A stretch of DNA of 64,000 nt from Macrostomum lignano (taxonomy: Eukaryota). Both the position numbers and the translations under genes were made by a program. The stretch's first letter is position 1. Each line of letters opens with the position of its first letter. Positions 63,331-64,000 of the stretch are shown here, piece by piece. The stretch covers positions 1 through 64,000 of the forward strand of contig NIVC01001101.1 in NCBI GenBank assembly GCA_002269645.1, in the 5' to 3' direction. A model generated the notes under the pieces. It worked only from the letters and a program-made list of their open reading frames with translations, did no database searches and was not told the DNA's origin.

Positions 63331-63669
63331 ATCGATATTCTTTTTGAGAGACGTTTCTGTGTAGGCCTGGTATTAACTGATTATCATACGATTTCTTTGT
63401 TGAACAGTTTTTGATGTTTTTCTATCATAAAAAAATATAATTTACCCTTTGTTATTGTTTAAATTGCCGTTGCGTGTTAATGTCCAAAAATGACATTAAC
63501 ACGCATCCCACGCGCGTGTTATTGTCACCAAAAGTGCATAGCAATGAATTTTAACCTGAAACTCGACGAATGAAAAGACCTTAATGTTTGCCACCTTTTG
63601 GTCGTGACAATCGCCAGCCTAATAGATGGGGAGAGGCGCCTCTTTGTAAATCAGGAGCGCTCACCAAGA

Positions 63670-63912
63670 GATGGGGGGCGACCATCAAGAAAGAGGGGGG
63701 CGACCACCAAGAGAGAGGGGGGCGACCATCAAGAAAGAGGGGGGCGACCACCAAGAGAGAGGGGGGCGACCACCAAGAGAGAGGGGGGCGACCATCAAGA
63801 GAGAGGGGGGCGACCACCAAGAAAGAGGGGGGCGACCACCAAGAGAAAGGGGGGCGACCACCAAGAGAGAGGGGGGCGACCACCAAGAGAGAGGGGGGCG
63901 ACCACCAAGAGA
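63670..63912. repeat. 22-bp purine-rich minisatellite (GGGGGCGACCACCAAGAGAGAG)
   Basis: About 11 tandem units. Confidence 0.92.
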
Positions 63913-64000
63913 CAGTGATTGTCTACCAAGAGTCAGGGCGGGGGGGGGTTGCCTACCAAGAGACAGGGGTACCAAGTAAGAGACACTCGGTGCGACACTA

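Overview
Eukaryotic (animal) genomic DNA that is rich in transposons and repeats. Gene style and TE landscape resemble a flatworm such as Macrostomum (inference only, not verifiable here). Host genes: (1) the last exon of a myotubularin-like gene; (2) two copies plus two small remnants of WDR83/MORG1; (3) three intronless paralogs of a B-box-like/coiled-coil/beta-propeller/acidic-tail (RING-less TRIM-like) gene; (4) two intact PAN/Apple + C-type lectin genes plus a third lectin copy collapsed into a 21-bp minisatellite. These sit in about four head-to-tail segmental duplication units. The units are invaded by RTE and LOA/Lian-like LINEs, a tRNA-SINE, Gypsy and BEL/Pao LTR elements, solo LTRs, hAT, Kolobok-like and Harbinger-like MITEs, a Penelope fragment with two hammerhead ribozymes, Helentron/DINE-like arrays and two Crypton-type tyrosine-recombinase elements. 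Most unusual: a Gypsy element with a cold-shock domain between the Gag zinc knuckle and the protease; the same RTE family inserted into the acidic repeat of two paralogs; a lectin 5' coding motif amplified 44-fold in frame; and a Crypton whose start region is a 102-bp inverted repeat around a TATA-containing spacer. Many frameshifts are single-base losses in homopolymers and may be long-read assembly errors. All alignments and counts were made by eye.
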